Assembly (NCBI GenBank): GCA_053919585.1 | Contig: CM132793.1 | Reading direction: 5' to 3' (one strand) | Length of the DNA stretch: 64,000 nucleotides | DNA from: Euprymna scolopes | Taxonomy: Eukaryota | Part shown: positions 12,390 through 25,360 of the stretch, one piece after another | Layout of the letters: each line of letters begins with the position of its first letter | Numbering within the stretch: position 1 is the first letter of the stretch | Position numbers and translations under genes: made by a program | Notes under the pieces: generated by a model | Told to the model about the DNA's origin: nothing | Database searches by the model: none | Seen by the model: only the letters and a program-made list of their open reading frames with translations

Positions 12390-13238
12390 TTTATTATCAA
12401 GCCATTTGGTTAAATGAGTGTACGGTAGGCATTGGCACTATATTGTAGTAATCGTTAGTAGTGGAAATTTTGTAAATTGGATTACTTAAGGGGATTGCTC
12501 ATCAAGAATTTGTTTACTTTGGACTTGAAGACGACCATATTGTAGTCAGATAGAAAGCAGGGATACTGAACAAAGTTCTCCATGGACTCCACGTTTAGAT
12601 CTAGGCACAGATAAAGAGTAGGTAAATTATGAATAGCGGTTTAGGCGAGTATTTTTTGTGAACATTTGACAAAGAGGGACCACAGATTGGAGTTCAGACG
12701 AGAACTTGCAATGAAAATAACGATAGAACAGAGAAACGTCTCTTCTGTAGGGAAGAGGTGCAGGGAAGAAAAAAGGGCATCCCCTACTAGACTATGAAGT
12801 CAGTTTTAAACACTGCCATAGCAAGATAGGGTCCTTCGAGCAGTTCCTGTCCAGAAGTAGCAAGAGTACTCCATCCTAGGACCTACTTGGCTTTTATACA
12901 GATAAGAATTTCATCGGCAGTGAGATTTCTATTGAAGTGTTAGAAGGATCCCACTATTTTTCCAGCGACCCTGGCAATGGATTTGATGTACGTGTTCCAT
13001 TTCAGATCAGGAGTAAAGGCCAGACCCAGAAGCTTGTAAAAACATGGAGCCTCCCAATGCCAGGCAGGTGTCAGAACGTTAATGATGGAAAGATTTTTGC
13101 CCATCAACCAGTACTCTTCTAAGTCTATCAGAGAGAAATGATTTAATAATTAAGACATTTCGAGCTGTACCATAGCTAAAGATCTTGTGAAGTAGACCTT
13201 TTATGCCATACCCTATCAAAAGTTTTTGACATGTCACT
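12390..13238 (-). mobile_element. CR1/L2-group LINE subfamily A remnant
   Basis: Collinear degraded homology with 1982-3260. Confidence 0.85.
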
Positions 13239-13497
13239 GGGGTGGTTCATTTTGCCAACGTGGTTGATCACTTTTCTATTGAACAGATTTTAGCAACTTA
13301 CTCATGATGCACAGAAGACTGATTGGTCTGTACTGAAAGAGAGATGACCGATATTGTTATTTATATTCCATGCAGTTTCAGTCTTTATCTTTTCACAAGA
13401 CAAAAGGAAACGTCGGATTCAACACAACTAATAAATACTCTAATATTATAATAACCTTCAATACAGACTTTAGCAGTAAATAAACATCAATACAGTG

Positions 13498-13745
13498 GAG
13501 GGGGCGATGGCTAAATGGTTAACTGACAACCTGACTGACAAGCAATGGCTAAATGGTTGACTGACAACCTGAATGTGCCAAGTTCAAATCCAGCTCATTC
13601 CACAGAAACACTTTCACTTAGGGACCTCCTGTGAGAAAGAATTCTAACTAGAAAGATATTAAAAAAGTAAATCTCAACAACAATCATCCGATTCATATAA
13701 ATATTGTCCAGAGGATAAGATGATATTACGATTGCAGCGTGGCAA
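13498..13745 (+). mobile_element. tRNA-derived SINE remnant
   Basis: A box TGGCTAAATGG (locally duplicated) and B box AGTTCAAATCC. No intact cloverleaf. Confidence 0.5.
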
Positions 13746-14049
13746 TAAAACATAATTCATAAAAATGAAAATTTTTTGCAAATTTTTAGTGATTGAACGT
13801 TACTACCTCCCTATACCATCCTCGGTTCTGCATGATTCGATAATTTGAAAAAGCTAATAGAAAGCAAATGATATACAGAAAAAATTGCAATGTTTCCAGT
13901 GTTTATAAAAACCTGAACACAATTGTGTAATCGAGCTAATGTTCAATAAAAACAATATTTAATACACTTAAAAAATTTTTTTTAAAATCAATATTGAATT
14001 CACTACTGCATAAACGACAAAAAAAAATATACAGAAATTTCCAACAATA

Positions 14050-14205
14050 TTTTAGTCCAGAAAACGAAAAAAAGAATTTTGAGAAAATCATTTTATTGTT
14101 GAAAGAGTTGGAAGAATGTTTTCTACTCCACTAAATACCATATTATTCTTTCAACAATAAAATGATTTTCTCAAAACTCTTTTTTTTTCGTTTTCTGAAC
14201 TAAAA
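14050..14205. repeat. Inverted repeat (~57-bp arms, ~40-nt loop), MITE/foldback-like
   Basis: TTTTAGTCCAGAAAACGAAAAAAAGAATTTTGAGAAAATCATTTTATTGTTGAAAGA pairs with 14147-14205. Confidence 0.85.
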
Positions 14206-14784
14206 GCAATAAAGATGCAGATTCATTAAGGATGTAACCTAACATTGTTTCTGATATTCTAACTCCACTAACAACTGAAATTGTCTTCCTTAAATGGGCA
14301 AGTGAAAAAAAATTAAAAATATGTCAAATTTCTAAAAATTAAATAAAAATAAAAAAAATTTCAGAGCAAAATAAATGTTAAGTTTTTGTAGAGAAAATAC
14401 TTTATGCAACGAACTATACCAAGCACATATCAATGCCGATGCAACTGTCAATGTGTATGTTAATAGTATGAGCCGCTTCCCATATACATTACAAGACAAT
14501 TTTTATATATCATATTGTTCACTTACAGACGAAAACTCATTTCTCCATTTCAATTATTAAATATATTCGGATAACATTACAAAAATAACAATGAGACAAT
14601 TCCTTAGTAATGTCTTTTTTTTAATAGCTGTTGACGTTAAATATGGCTACTATATTTTTTCGACAACATATGGAAGAGGAAAACAAAAGGTCTGGAAAGT
14701 GCTGTTGACATAGGGCAACTTGGGTTGGAGCGAGCAGCTATGCAGTATGAGACTTCATCGGCTAAAATGTGGGCCAACTGGGAG

Positions 14785-14925
14785 TCGTTACGACTTACAG
14801 AAGCACACCGTAAAGCCATGGCACAGGGAGAGGTAAAAACAATTGGGACTAGCTAATTACATATGGAAACAAAAAGGAACAAGGTCAAAATAATTGACAG
14901 GGATACACGGTGGAGTGTATTGAGC
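14785..14925 (+). mobile_element. Penelope-like element fragment (GIY-YIG C-terminal part)
   Basis: EAHRKAMAQGE..LANYIWKQKG..VKIIDRD. Shares CACCGTAAAGCCATG with the copy at 15561. Confidence 0.55.
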
Positions 14926-15179
14926 AAGTTTTTCTGTGACTTTCTTATTCAAAAATAAAATCACTTCCAAGTTAGACAATGGCCGGTATTTTAATCAAGT
15001 TTGGTAACGATTAGTCAAGCGATGTGGATGGTAGGCTCTACACAGTGACAAATTCGACTGATAACCTACATCAAGTCGGAGGTAATTATGGTATTTTTAT
15101 AATTATTCTTATTCAGAAGATTTTTTGTAGGTCAAAATGTGCTGGCTTTCTTAAAAATCACTCCCAATCTTATCTCAAG

Positions 15180-15990
15180 ATAATGACAGTATTTTTAAAC
15201 TATATCTGGAGGAAATGATTCCGTGGTTTACAGAGATTACCAAAGTGTTGGAATGATACCCAGAGAGCGCTAAATCAGCCCCGGAAAACCTAGAGCAAAC
15301 ACCAAGAGACAATATCCGAAAACTTGCCACAGTTTACACACCATACATAAATGACCTGTCCGAAAAAAAAAAAAAGGAAAATATGCAGTCCATATGACAT
15401 CAGAACAATATTAAAGAGCGAGTCGACTCAAAAAGCACATAGTAGGAGTCAAGCCCCTGATCGAAAGTCTCCTGACAAAAACTGTATATGAAATTTCATG
15501 CAAATGTGGAAAACTATGCAAAGGTGCCCCAGTCATCCCATAAAGGTAAGGCTAGAAGAACACCGTAAAGCCATGACATGAAATTACTAAGTAGACCAAG
15601 CCTAGATTTTAGTAGCATTTGAGAGTCTAACTGTAGAAAGAAAAAGACAAAACAAACATTGTACACCCTTAAAATTTTGGCGATAAAATCCCTTGTCGAT
15701 CTTCATTAGAGTTGCCTCCCTGTTTGTAAACCAATTTTTTTTCGCAAATTCGAAACAATAACCATAAAATAGAGACCAACTCACAGAATACGAAAATATC
15801 TAGGAGCCAGTAACTTTTCCCTGTTCTTTTCCAAACAGCCAACATGCCTGAAGACAGTCAAAGGACAATCGGACCGAAATATTGCAGAAATAACACTCAA
15901 GATGAGAACAATAGTCCGATCAATACAAGTAATATAAACAATCAACCCCATCTCAAAAATTGAAAACTTTAATAAATTTCAAAATACTAC
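15180..15990 (+). mobile_element. Penelope-like retroelement remnant (linker, GIY-YIG, and 3' end with hammerhead-like motif)
   Basis: Broken frames VYTPYINDLSE..KICSPYDIRTILKS..VYEISCKCGKL..PIKVRLEEHRKAM. 3' region has CTGAAGA..CGAAA at 15848-15879. Interrupted by unrelated sequence at ~15590-15800. Confidence 0.7.
15845..15886 (+). ncRNA. Minimal type I hammerhead-ribozyme-like motif (Penelope-associated, degenerate)
   Basis: TGC-CTGAAGA-C-AGTC..GACC-GAA-ATAT-T-GCA: 3-bp stem I, imperfect stem II, palindromic helix III tetramer. Confidence 0.5.
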
Positions 15991-16037
15991 AACCACTTTT
16001 CATGCAAATAGAATCATATGTTTGAAGTTTCCAAGTC

Positions 16038-16500
16038 ATTTTTTTTTACATAGGCATCACTACTTATCCAGGACCAGAGATCACTCGAGGATAAGGGTTA
16101 ACAGTGTACAGTAGTCAATGGGACAATATAGTAATCGTTAGTAATGGAAATTCCGTAAATTTGTTAACTTATATAAACGGCTAATCAAGAAATTGGTTAC
16201 GTTGGACTTGAAGACAATCAGATTGTAGTCAGCTGGAAAGCAGGAAAACGGAAGACAGTTCCACAGGCGTGCACTTCTAAGAAAGAATCTTCGTTCATGA
16301 AATCTACGTTTAGGTTTAGGCAGAGATAAAGACTGGGGGAAACTATTGATAGTGTTTTCAGCTAGATGAGTGTTTCTTGTGAAAGTTTGATGAGGGATTG
16401 AAGCTCAGTCGAGCGTTTGCTATGAAAATAATAAAGCAGCCACAAATTCGCAACATCTCTTCTGTGAGATAGAGGTTGCAGGGAAGAGAAAAGGACATCT
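16038..16500 (-). mobile_element. CR1/L2-group LINE subfamily A 3' end
   Basis: Poly-T tail plus CACTACTTATC.AGG 3' UTR; homology to 1982-2460. Confidence 0.85.
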
Positions 16501-16504
16501 CATG

Positions 16505-17212
16505 AGCTTTACATTCACAGTCAGTATGAATTGGATTAAATACATTAAGTTTGCTGCAAAAAAGTTGGGCTCTCTTTACCTTGCTAGAAAAGGACTCACA
16601 CCCAACAGTATTCTTTATCTCTACTAAATCACAGTTTGCCTTTTGTTGCAACATTTTGATTGGTGAATCTATCACTAGTCCCTTCCTCTTAGACTAGGTC
16701 AAAAAAGAGTCTCAAAACCAATAGATCCCTCACTATCAATCAATCGATTGATAGTGAGGGATCTATTGGTTTTGAGACTTTTTTGACCTAGTCTAAGAGG
16801 AAGGGACTAGTGATAGATTCATCAATCAAAATCTCAAACCGCTGCCCCATCACAGCAATATTGCATCCTTGTGCCAGTTTACAATAAATTTAATGGAATG
16901 TGCTGATGTTCCGTTGACAAAAATACCTCTGACTAATCCAAAAAGCAAGGGAATCTCAATCCCACACTTCCAGCACCTAGAGATAGCTACTAGATGCCGG
17001 AAACTTTCCACCCTAATAATCTCTCCCTTTTAACAACTAGACTTTGTATGTCTTCCTGATTTCTTGCTTCACTGATTCTGACATGCAGAAGTTTATATGC
17101 AATGTGAACAGACATATCGTTGGTCAACTCCCTACATAGTACTCTTGTAGATATGGTTTTAAATAATAGTCCCGTACATCCAAATGGCAATGTATCTTGT
17201 TTGGGTGAAAAA
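16505..17212 (+). mobile_element. CR1/L2-group LINE subfamily B 3' remnant containing an inverted duplication
   Basis: Homology to 31125-31860 (GCTGCAAAAAAGTTGGGCTCTCTTTAC.., AATAGTCCCGTACATC 3' UTR). Confidence 0.75.
16653..16832. repeat. Near-perfect ~180-bp palindrome
   Basis: ATTTTGATTGGTGAATCTATCACTAGTCCCTTCC...CTATCAATC is mirrored by GATTGATAG...GATTCATCAATCAAAAT. Confidence 0.95.
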
Positions 17213-19059
17213 TTAAACAGTTTGACAATTTGTTAAACACTTTGAAAATGATTTAAGAAAATAAGGTCGCTTTTTAATGCGAGGAGAATAATTCAACTTC
17301 CTGTTGAGCCGAGATTCCATTCAGTTCTAGAAACTTCACACTTCCCGGCTTTAACTTCACTCTAAAAAGGAGTTTATTGCTGATCGCCTGATCGAGAATA
17401 CCGACATTTGTTGTAGGCGAAATTGTGCTTTATTTCTCCAAACCACATCCGACATTGTTTTTCCTCAAAATCTGTCGTTTAATTGTTTCTTGGAATAATT
17501 TTACCAAGAATTCTTCATAAGTTCAGGTTTCAATTATAGCTGAAGGAACTCATATATATTTTTTCTTCATAAGTTTTGATTTTGATTCAAGTTGATACAT
17601 TCAAGTCATATGGATATATATTTTTTTATTTTTGAAATCAATTTTATAATATATAAGAATCGATAGAAAATTGACTTAATACGTACGAAATCTGCATAAA
17701 TTAAAATATGATATTGAAGCCTATTTTACAACCGAGCTATGCCTGGCTTCCCTGCTAGCTTAGGTAAATACTTTTGCAGTTTTAACAAAATAGCTACAAT
17801 AATATGAGGGCGGCTCCATGTACGCTGAACATCCACAGAATGCCAACATCAATTCATTACATATGAAAAAAGTCGGCTGTATAATTTTTATAAATCCCGC
17901 TACTATATATTAATGATTCAAGGATAGCTTACCAAAGCGTTGGAATAACATAATATAATAGTATATAAATTGTGTGGTTTTATTTTGTATAAATTGAACA
18001 AAGTTACGGAGACACGAGAAATGTTGAGTGACACAGAGTCATGTTAGTGCATCAACTGACAAAGGCGGAAAAGGCAAGGGATGTTCACTAATTCTTATGG
18101 AAGTAGTTTTCAACAGGACAACAAGTTACGCCCTAACGTCTGCGGCTTAGTTATGGTGTTCAGAATTCATTTCCAATGTGAAATACGCGATATACAATTA
18201 TGTCAGGAAAATTATAATTTGGGAGTGAAAAAAAAAAAATGGGGAAAATGGAAAACCCAAAAGAAAATATTGACAGAGTTAAGTTTTAGTTTGACTGCTA
18301 TTCGAGCTGGATGAAAAATCTTTTTGCAATTGTTTCTTTTATGGCACAAATAATGATGACCCACTTGAGAGTTTTGGTAAGAAGAGAAAAAATAAATTTG
18401 ATTTAAAAACCAAGAAGACATGTTTTTTTTTCGCATGGGGTGAGGATGGGCTCGGTTCTTTAAGTTACAAAAAAAAAAAAAAATGAACAAATACAACGAA
18501 ACAACTTACAAACTGCTTCATCTCTGCGTCTTTAGTCATTGCTCAAGTTATGCAGAAATATAGACGCGCCATGTGCTCTTGAGCCTTCAAGGTCCTCCAC
18601 CCCACGTGCCTTTTAGACAAAGAAAAGCTATAGAGATGTGGGGAAGGGGCGTAAACAGAATTTTGCGTTGAAAATTATTTCATCAGATGGAAACACCAAC
18701 AACAATGGAAGAAAAAAAAAATGTATGTGAGGAACTGGGGAAAAATTGTTTAAAAATTTTTTTTTTCGTGAAGATTTAAAATGGGTCTATTTTCTTGTGT
18801 TGCTTTTAGTGTTTGGATAAACTGTTTTTTTTTTTAGAAAACAAAATAAAAACAGGTTCCCGAAATCTGAAATATCTTTAAAAAGGGCGCAGGAGCCCCG
18901 CCCCCTCAAGAAATTGTGTTCATTTTTTTTAACAAACGAGTCGCCTCTTATGAAAGCCCTAAGACCACTCAAGGATACGAGTTAATCGAGTTTAGCAGAT
19001 GGACGGTAAAACATCAAACGATGTAAAAAAAAAAAAAAAATAGGTTATTGAAAAGGACA

Positions 19060-19430
19060 GTTTAACAAGAATTTATTTACATTGGACTTGAAGATAATGT
19101 TGTAGTAAGCCGGAAAATAGCCCAGTGATACTGTGTTACACAGACAGGAAATTCTACAAAAGAAACTTTGCTTATTGAACTTTTGTTTAGTTTTAGGCAC
19201 ACAGAGAAAGGGAAATTATTGGCAGTGGATTTTACTAAATATTTTGTCAATGTTTTATGGGGGGGCATAGATTGAAGCTCAGTCGAGCATTTGCTATGAT
19301 GCTAACAGTGGAGTTGAGAAATAGAGGTAGTGGAGAGGAGAAGAGGACATCCCCACTAGATTTCAAAGCTTGTTTTGTACTTTGTTAAAGCAAGAAAGGA
19401 TGTTTTTTTTACCACCACGTTGTCAAATGT
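19060..19430 (-). mobile_element. CR1/L2-group LINE subfamily A, old remnant
   Basis: TTGGACTTGAAGA, TTTAGGCAC, GACATCCCCACTAG landmarks shared with the other copies. Confidence 0.7.
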
Positions 19431-20302
19431 GCTTTTTAAATAGATTCAATCCATTGCCTTTTCTTTAATTCATTTCCATTAAAGCAACGTTCACAAAGTG
19501 AAAAGGATGTATTACAGCATAGTAAAGATGTCAGTAAGAGATAAGGGGAGACGAGAAAACAAAACAAAAAACAAAATAAAATGGGTTCACACAACAACGT
19601 TTAATCGCTATTTCTGAATCAATTAGAGCATTTTTCTCAGCGAATCGGTTCACCAAATTTTTATCCTTTTGGTTGAAAAATTGTGTTATCAGCCGACAAC
19701 TCAACGTTGCTACTACAGAATGCTGGAGGCAACAAATTCTAATAAAGTAGCCAATCACAATCCAAATAAAGTAAGAACACGCACACATTTAAACGCACAC
19801 ATAATGAACATTAAAATCACACATTTTTGCAAGACAATAAAACTAAAAATTGTTAAATTTGTTTTAATTTTAGAATTCGTGTCGTTATAGATTTAAAAAA
19901 GATGCCAATGCTGCTAGCGACGTAAAGTAAACCACCAGCCATACGCCTTTAAACTAACACAAAAGAAAAATTATATCTGGATTTTAAAGATTGCTGGCAT
20001 CTAAGCATCAGAAAGGTTTTGGAGTAAGAATGAATATATTCTTAGGATGTGTCTATTTAGTTGGCGCATTCGGCTATAAAAATGCTATTTAGAACCAAAG
20101 CATGACGAACTAGTGGTGCCTATCATAATGTTATTTGAAAGTGTGGCAGACCAACGAAAATGGATTGCATACAGTAAGATTTTAAATCTTGTTCTACGAT
20201 GAGAAATTTAAAGAATTATTATAAAAACATCATCTTATGTTCTGCAGATGTGTGTTGCTCATAATAATGACTATTTTTGTAGCGTCACCATTTTATATAT
20301 TA

Positions 20303-20884
20303 CTAGATGGACGCTCGGTGTTGCCCGGGCGTACAATATGATTAAACATGATATTTCGATTTATGCAGATTGCGTGTGTATCCCTGTAGAAAGGATCAAT
20401 TCTCTATTTAATATTATACATTACGAGGAATAATTAGCCTAGTGGACTAATTCGCAAATAATGATAATGTCGGTCATCAAATACCGTCAGTGCTTGTTTA
20501 CAATAACACATCAGCTGATATTTGGGCTTGACGATCGTAAAATTAGTATTTCTTCTCTCATAGATAAAAAAAAAAATACAAGGGAATATTTTATATTACA
20601 CCGGTCAAATTTACACCGGTGTAAGGTAAAATATTCCCCTGTAAAATTCTTTTTATTATCTATAAGAGAAGAAAGACTATTTTTAAGATGGGCTTTTTTT
20701 TTTTTTTTTTGGATTTTCGATACTTACGGGATGAATTTCTATACAAAACATCCAAGAACACCGGCAGAAATATAAATTACCTTTTTGTGAAAGCTGCAAA
20801 AGATAGGTTCCGAGACAGCTGAGCCTATCAGGAAGGAATTTTCACACACACACACACACAGTGATTTTTATATAATAGTAAAGA
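20303..20884 (-). mobile_element. Non-autonomous Helitron (1 of 3 adjacent)
   Basis: 5' A|TCTTTACTATTATATAAAA; 3' CCCGGGCAACACCGAGCGTCCATCTAG|T. Confidence 0.7.
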
Positions 20885-20894
20885 TTAGTATGTA

Positions 20895-21393
20895 CTAACA
20901 GATGTACCCGGCGTTGGGCAGTATTAAACGCAACGTTTAATTCCTTGAGAAGAAAAAAAATGAAGTAAAAAAACGGAAAAACTGAGGCATATACATGCGA
21001 ATATTATGTTTGATCTAAACAATTCATTTTTCACAAGTTAAAAAATCCTCGAGCTGAGATCGAAATCAGAATCTAAAGACAGTGAGTCAAGTACAATAAC
21101 CATTAGACCAACTTGACACGTATTTTACAAAGTGTTTTCCAACCTACTTATTCTTAACATAAGGAAGATATCATGTTTCACGACCGCGCATGTGCAATCG
21201 TGAAACAATGGATAAACAGATAAAAATCTGATATCTCGCAAATACCAATTTTTCACTCTTGACACCTTAGCAGCCCCTTTTCCGGATGAAAACCCATTAA
21301 AAAGTTTTCCACATGTCTGAATACCCTATATACCAAAATTCATTGAGTATAGGTTAAGAAGTGTCCTCACACATATATTCTCACTTTTATAGA
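20895..21393 (-). mobile_element. Non-autonomous Helitron with tRNA-like module (2 of 3)
   Basis: 5' TCTATAAAAGTGAGAA; 3' CAACGCCGGGTACATCTGTTAG|T. Homologous to 21398-21981. Confidence 0.7.
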
Positions 21394-21397
21394 TATA

Positions 21398-21981
21398 CTA
21401 GCAGGACGCCCGGCGTTGCTCTGTCGTAAAATATGCATGCACATTTTAATTAATGCAGAATTCTTATTTATTGTAAACCGAAATACTGTAATAATATTAA
21501 ATTACTTCAAAAATGAAAAAAAAAACGAGTAGAAACTGAGATATTTGCGTACGATTATGTTTTTTCTAAAGAGTTCACTTCTTGTAAGCAAAAAAAAAAA
21601 AAAAAAGAATACTGAGCTGAGATCGAAACCAAACCCAAAAGATAATGAGTCAAGTACGATAACCATTACACCAGCTTGACATGATTTAAACAATGTTTTC
21701 AAACTAACTCATACTTAGCATAAGGAAGCGGTCATATTTCATGACAGCGCATGCGCATTCGTGAAACAGTTGAAAACAAAAATCCGGTGGTCTCCCACAA
21801 CCCAATTTTTCAATTTTGACACCTTAGCAGCACGTTCTTCTGGATGAAAATGGACGAAAATTTGTTTCTACATATCTCAATACTCTATACACCAAATTTC
21901 AAGTCGGTAGATTAAAAATTCGTTGAGTATATAGGTTAAGATGTGTCCTCACACACATTCTCACTTTTATAGATGTATAGA
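21398..21981 (-). mobile_element. Non-autonomous Helitron with tRNA-like module (3 of 3)
   Basis: 5' TCTATACATCTATAAAAGTGAG; 3' GAGCAACGCCGGGCGTCCTGCTAG|T. Confidence 0.75.
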
Positions 21982-23679
21982 CTAGATTTTGGAAGCAAGT
22001 CGAAATTGAGTGATAAAATAAAGTTTGGTTAGTTGGTTTGTTCTTTTACCTTTTTCTATTTCGGGTTTAAGAATTAAAATTAAAAATAACTACGCGGAGT
22101 TGTTGAGTTATTTCATATCATTGCATCAGATTCGGTTGTAGATTAAATTCTTTTGGAAATGTTTACTATGTTAAATCATAAAATAAACGAGAGAATGTCT
22201 CTAAGTACAAATATTTTTTATTAATACCCAACAACAAGGAAATCTAAAAAGTTCTAAAAATAAAAATAAAATAAGTGAGAGTTCGAAGTGTGTCAACGTA
22301 TATGCCCAACTGAATAAATTGTTATTTGTGTAACAATTAAATGCACATGTTTGCGTCGGCTAGCGTGCTGTGCGTTTATATATTTTAAAATGAAGAGACA
22401 TGGAGTTACGTGTGTATCAAGAAGAGAATACGTGCGTGTTTGAACCTGTGTATACATACGTTCTATTAATGGCGTTTTTGTGTTTGGTTGGTAGCATAAT
22501 AGTTTGTGGATGCATGATTATTATTTTAACGTATGCCTGTGTGTTGTCTACGAAGAAAGAGTTTTTATAATACGCGAGTGAATATTCCCACTTCTCTGAA
22601 TAGTTGAAAGAAACTGAAACGAAGAATGTCAGAGGCAGTTTAGCGTTATGCCCTAACCCTAATCTTATTTAAACATTATATAAAGCCTTAGAAAAAAGGA
22701 GTGTCCCTGGTAGTAACGACATCTAAGAAGTAACTTGACCTTGAGTTATCACTTTATTTATGCTAAGGATCATTGTACTCTTTCCGGTTCTTTTAATCCT
22801 TCATGTATTAAGTGGAAATGGGATACAATCAAATCAAGAGAAGTTCTATTTTCGCCGACCCTCCAAATATGTTAGCAGAATAATTTCCTATAATAATTAT
22901 GTGAAATCCAGAAAATACTATCTTGTATAATCTACTTTAAGTCAGTTTTTAGCACATTACATCCTACGGAATGAAAAATAATAAGCCATCGTTTTATAAA
23001 CAGACGAAGAAATAGTGAAAGAGAAAATCATCTTACATGCGTTCATGAACCTCGGAGAATCCCTATTTACTAGTGTTGCCACGAAGGCCAGAATAGGCAC
23101 AATGCCGGTTTTATAGCGAGGTGAAGATGCAATAGAAGCGAACATAAAAATTATTAGATTCTATTTCTCCGTTTTCTTTTTTAGCATATCCTTTGTCATT
23201 TCTGCTTTTCTGTGTCGAATAGAAATGAAATGCAGTCAAATCGATAGCTTCTTGTTGTATCCAGCGTCACCCGAGATAAAGAGAGAGAGAAAAAAGAAAG
23301 AAAGAAAACAAGAAAAAAGAAAAAAAGAATTTACAGAAATGTGTGAACTCTACAATTTTAAACCAATTAAAATAATTTCTGCTCGTTTTAAACAATGCTC
23401 TTAACGAGAGTATATGAAATACTAACTTGTGGTTTGACAACAAAAAAACAGCGAGAGTCCAACAGATTTAGAAAAAAAAGACCCCAAACGGACGTAATAT
23501 TACGCTCATGTCCCCGATCATTTAAGGACCGGAAAGTGACCGACGATCCAACTCTAGCATACACAATTTCGGACAGAAAACAACACACGTCTTCCATGCT
23601 TTGGACACTCTACAACACGAGAACATCAAATATTCTAATTAACAATTAAGTACTCATTACGAACATTCGACAAACACGA

Positions 23680-23948
23680 AATCTTTGGATTATATTGGGT
23701 GTTATCCTCACAATGTTTCGATCGATCTAACCTCCAACTTTCTTCAGGTATATCTTGTCAAAGACGGAACTATGTCGAGCTCTGGAATTTATACAAAATT
23801 TCGAACATAACCCTCAGCTAGGTCGCGCAGAAGTTTTAAGTAATTCGCAATTAGTATCACCCGCGCTGAGGATTGAACCTTTAATCTATAGACAAATGTC
23901 GTTTAGAACTGAATTTTACTTAATACTTCTGTTACGTAGTCGAGTGTC
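23680..23948 (-). mobile_element. tRNA-head / hammerhead-tail SINE-like element, decayed copy
   Basis: B-box region GGTTCAATCCTCAGCGCGGG, body TTGCGAATTACTTA, then GACAAGATATAC-CTGAAGA-A-AGTTGG..TCGATC-GAAACATTGTG. Homologous to 33610-33944. Confidence 0.65.
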
Positions 23949-24577
23949 TGTATACTGGGACGTTTATATAAACAGGTATGTATAAACAAGGAGACCAAAC
24001 CGTGTACATGTTATATAGTCGTCTTTGTAATATTCGCGCGTGTGCGTGTGTACATTATTCACACATATAATACACATAGATACCTTCAACAATAAGTCAA
24101 CAAACGGGACAAATAGCACTATTGTCTGCTTGACCAGACAAGGGAAGGGCATACCATTTTGGTCGGAACCATCGCTGTATTGTTCCAGACGTGCTTCTGA
24201 AAATGTATGTCATTCAGACAACCAAATTGTTTTTCCACATTTACATTTATTTCTGTTACGACTTTTTTGTTCTGGGTTTGCACGCCATTTCCTTTTCAGG
24301 AATTACATATTACTGTCATCCCAGCTGAGACAAAGACCTAACAGGTGACTTATCCGTCACGTTTTCTCTGGCCCAATTTTAATGTTTGAAAACCTATTCT
24401 GTTTATGTCCACTACAGTCTGTTCTATCTAAACATATTTGTTTTTATTTATCTAACATTGCTTCTTGTTATTGTTTATAAAATTTAGTCAAGTTAAATTT
24501 CTAAAACGTCATTTAACCATATTTTTCCTTGAATTGCATTTTTCTCTTTTTAAAACAAATCTAATTCCATCTGCACG

Positions 24578-24578
<1 letters not shown>

Positions 24579-24624
<46 letters not shown>
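24579..24624. repeat. (AAT)n microsatellite
   Basis: Direct trinucleotide run. Confidence 0.95.
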
Positions 24625-24625
<1 letters not shown>

Positions 24626-25360
24626 TGGCTCATATAATTCGGCAATACTCCGGGTGTACTAATCTGCAACACTATGCATTATGCCACGGGTTAATCCAAA
24701 CTATCAATGAATTCTCATTTCCAAATCTCAGAAACCTTTCAACTTTCACAACGAAATATCGTTAACATCAGTGAATGTTTATGAAACATCAGCGTTTGTT
24801 CGTTAACTTTGGTTTTTATTCACATTTGCTGAATTTATCACTAAATGGTGACCCATTCACACTAATTTTTGTCTATCTCATTCTTCACTTATAACTTTTT
24901 TCATTCTCGGTGTAGATCTTGGTACATTATAAACACGCGACCGGTGTCTATGACCTAGCTAAGGTTGGATATGTAATATATTAGTAAGTAGATATGTGAG
25001 ATGGGTGATGTGAAACACTTCGTACCGAATGGGAGTGGATTTGACTACAATAAATTACTTACTCCGGTAGCAAGTGTCTCTGAAATAAAAACAAACGTCA
25101 TTGCACATAAGAGTGTGACCTATATTTTTGTAAAGTCTATGTGAACAAAATTGTTCTAATACAAGCAGTCACGCGATAACCAGAAAAATCAGAACTTTTG
25201 GCCAACACAACTATGCAGCTCGACTACGTGCAAATTACAATAGCTAGCGCACAAGAAAACTTTATGAATGCACCCCAAGAAATACGACCTGACAATAAAT
25301 TAAGTACTACAACTTTCTCTATGATTATAGTCTAGCTCCAAAAGATACAAACAATAGAAC

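Noticed and set aside
18511-18610. Minus-strand segment ending in a GTAAGT donor
   Set aside because: Stops in all three frames; cannot be supported as a coding exon.
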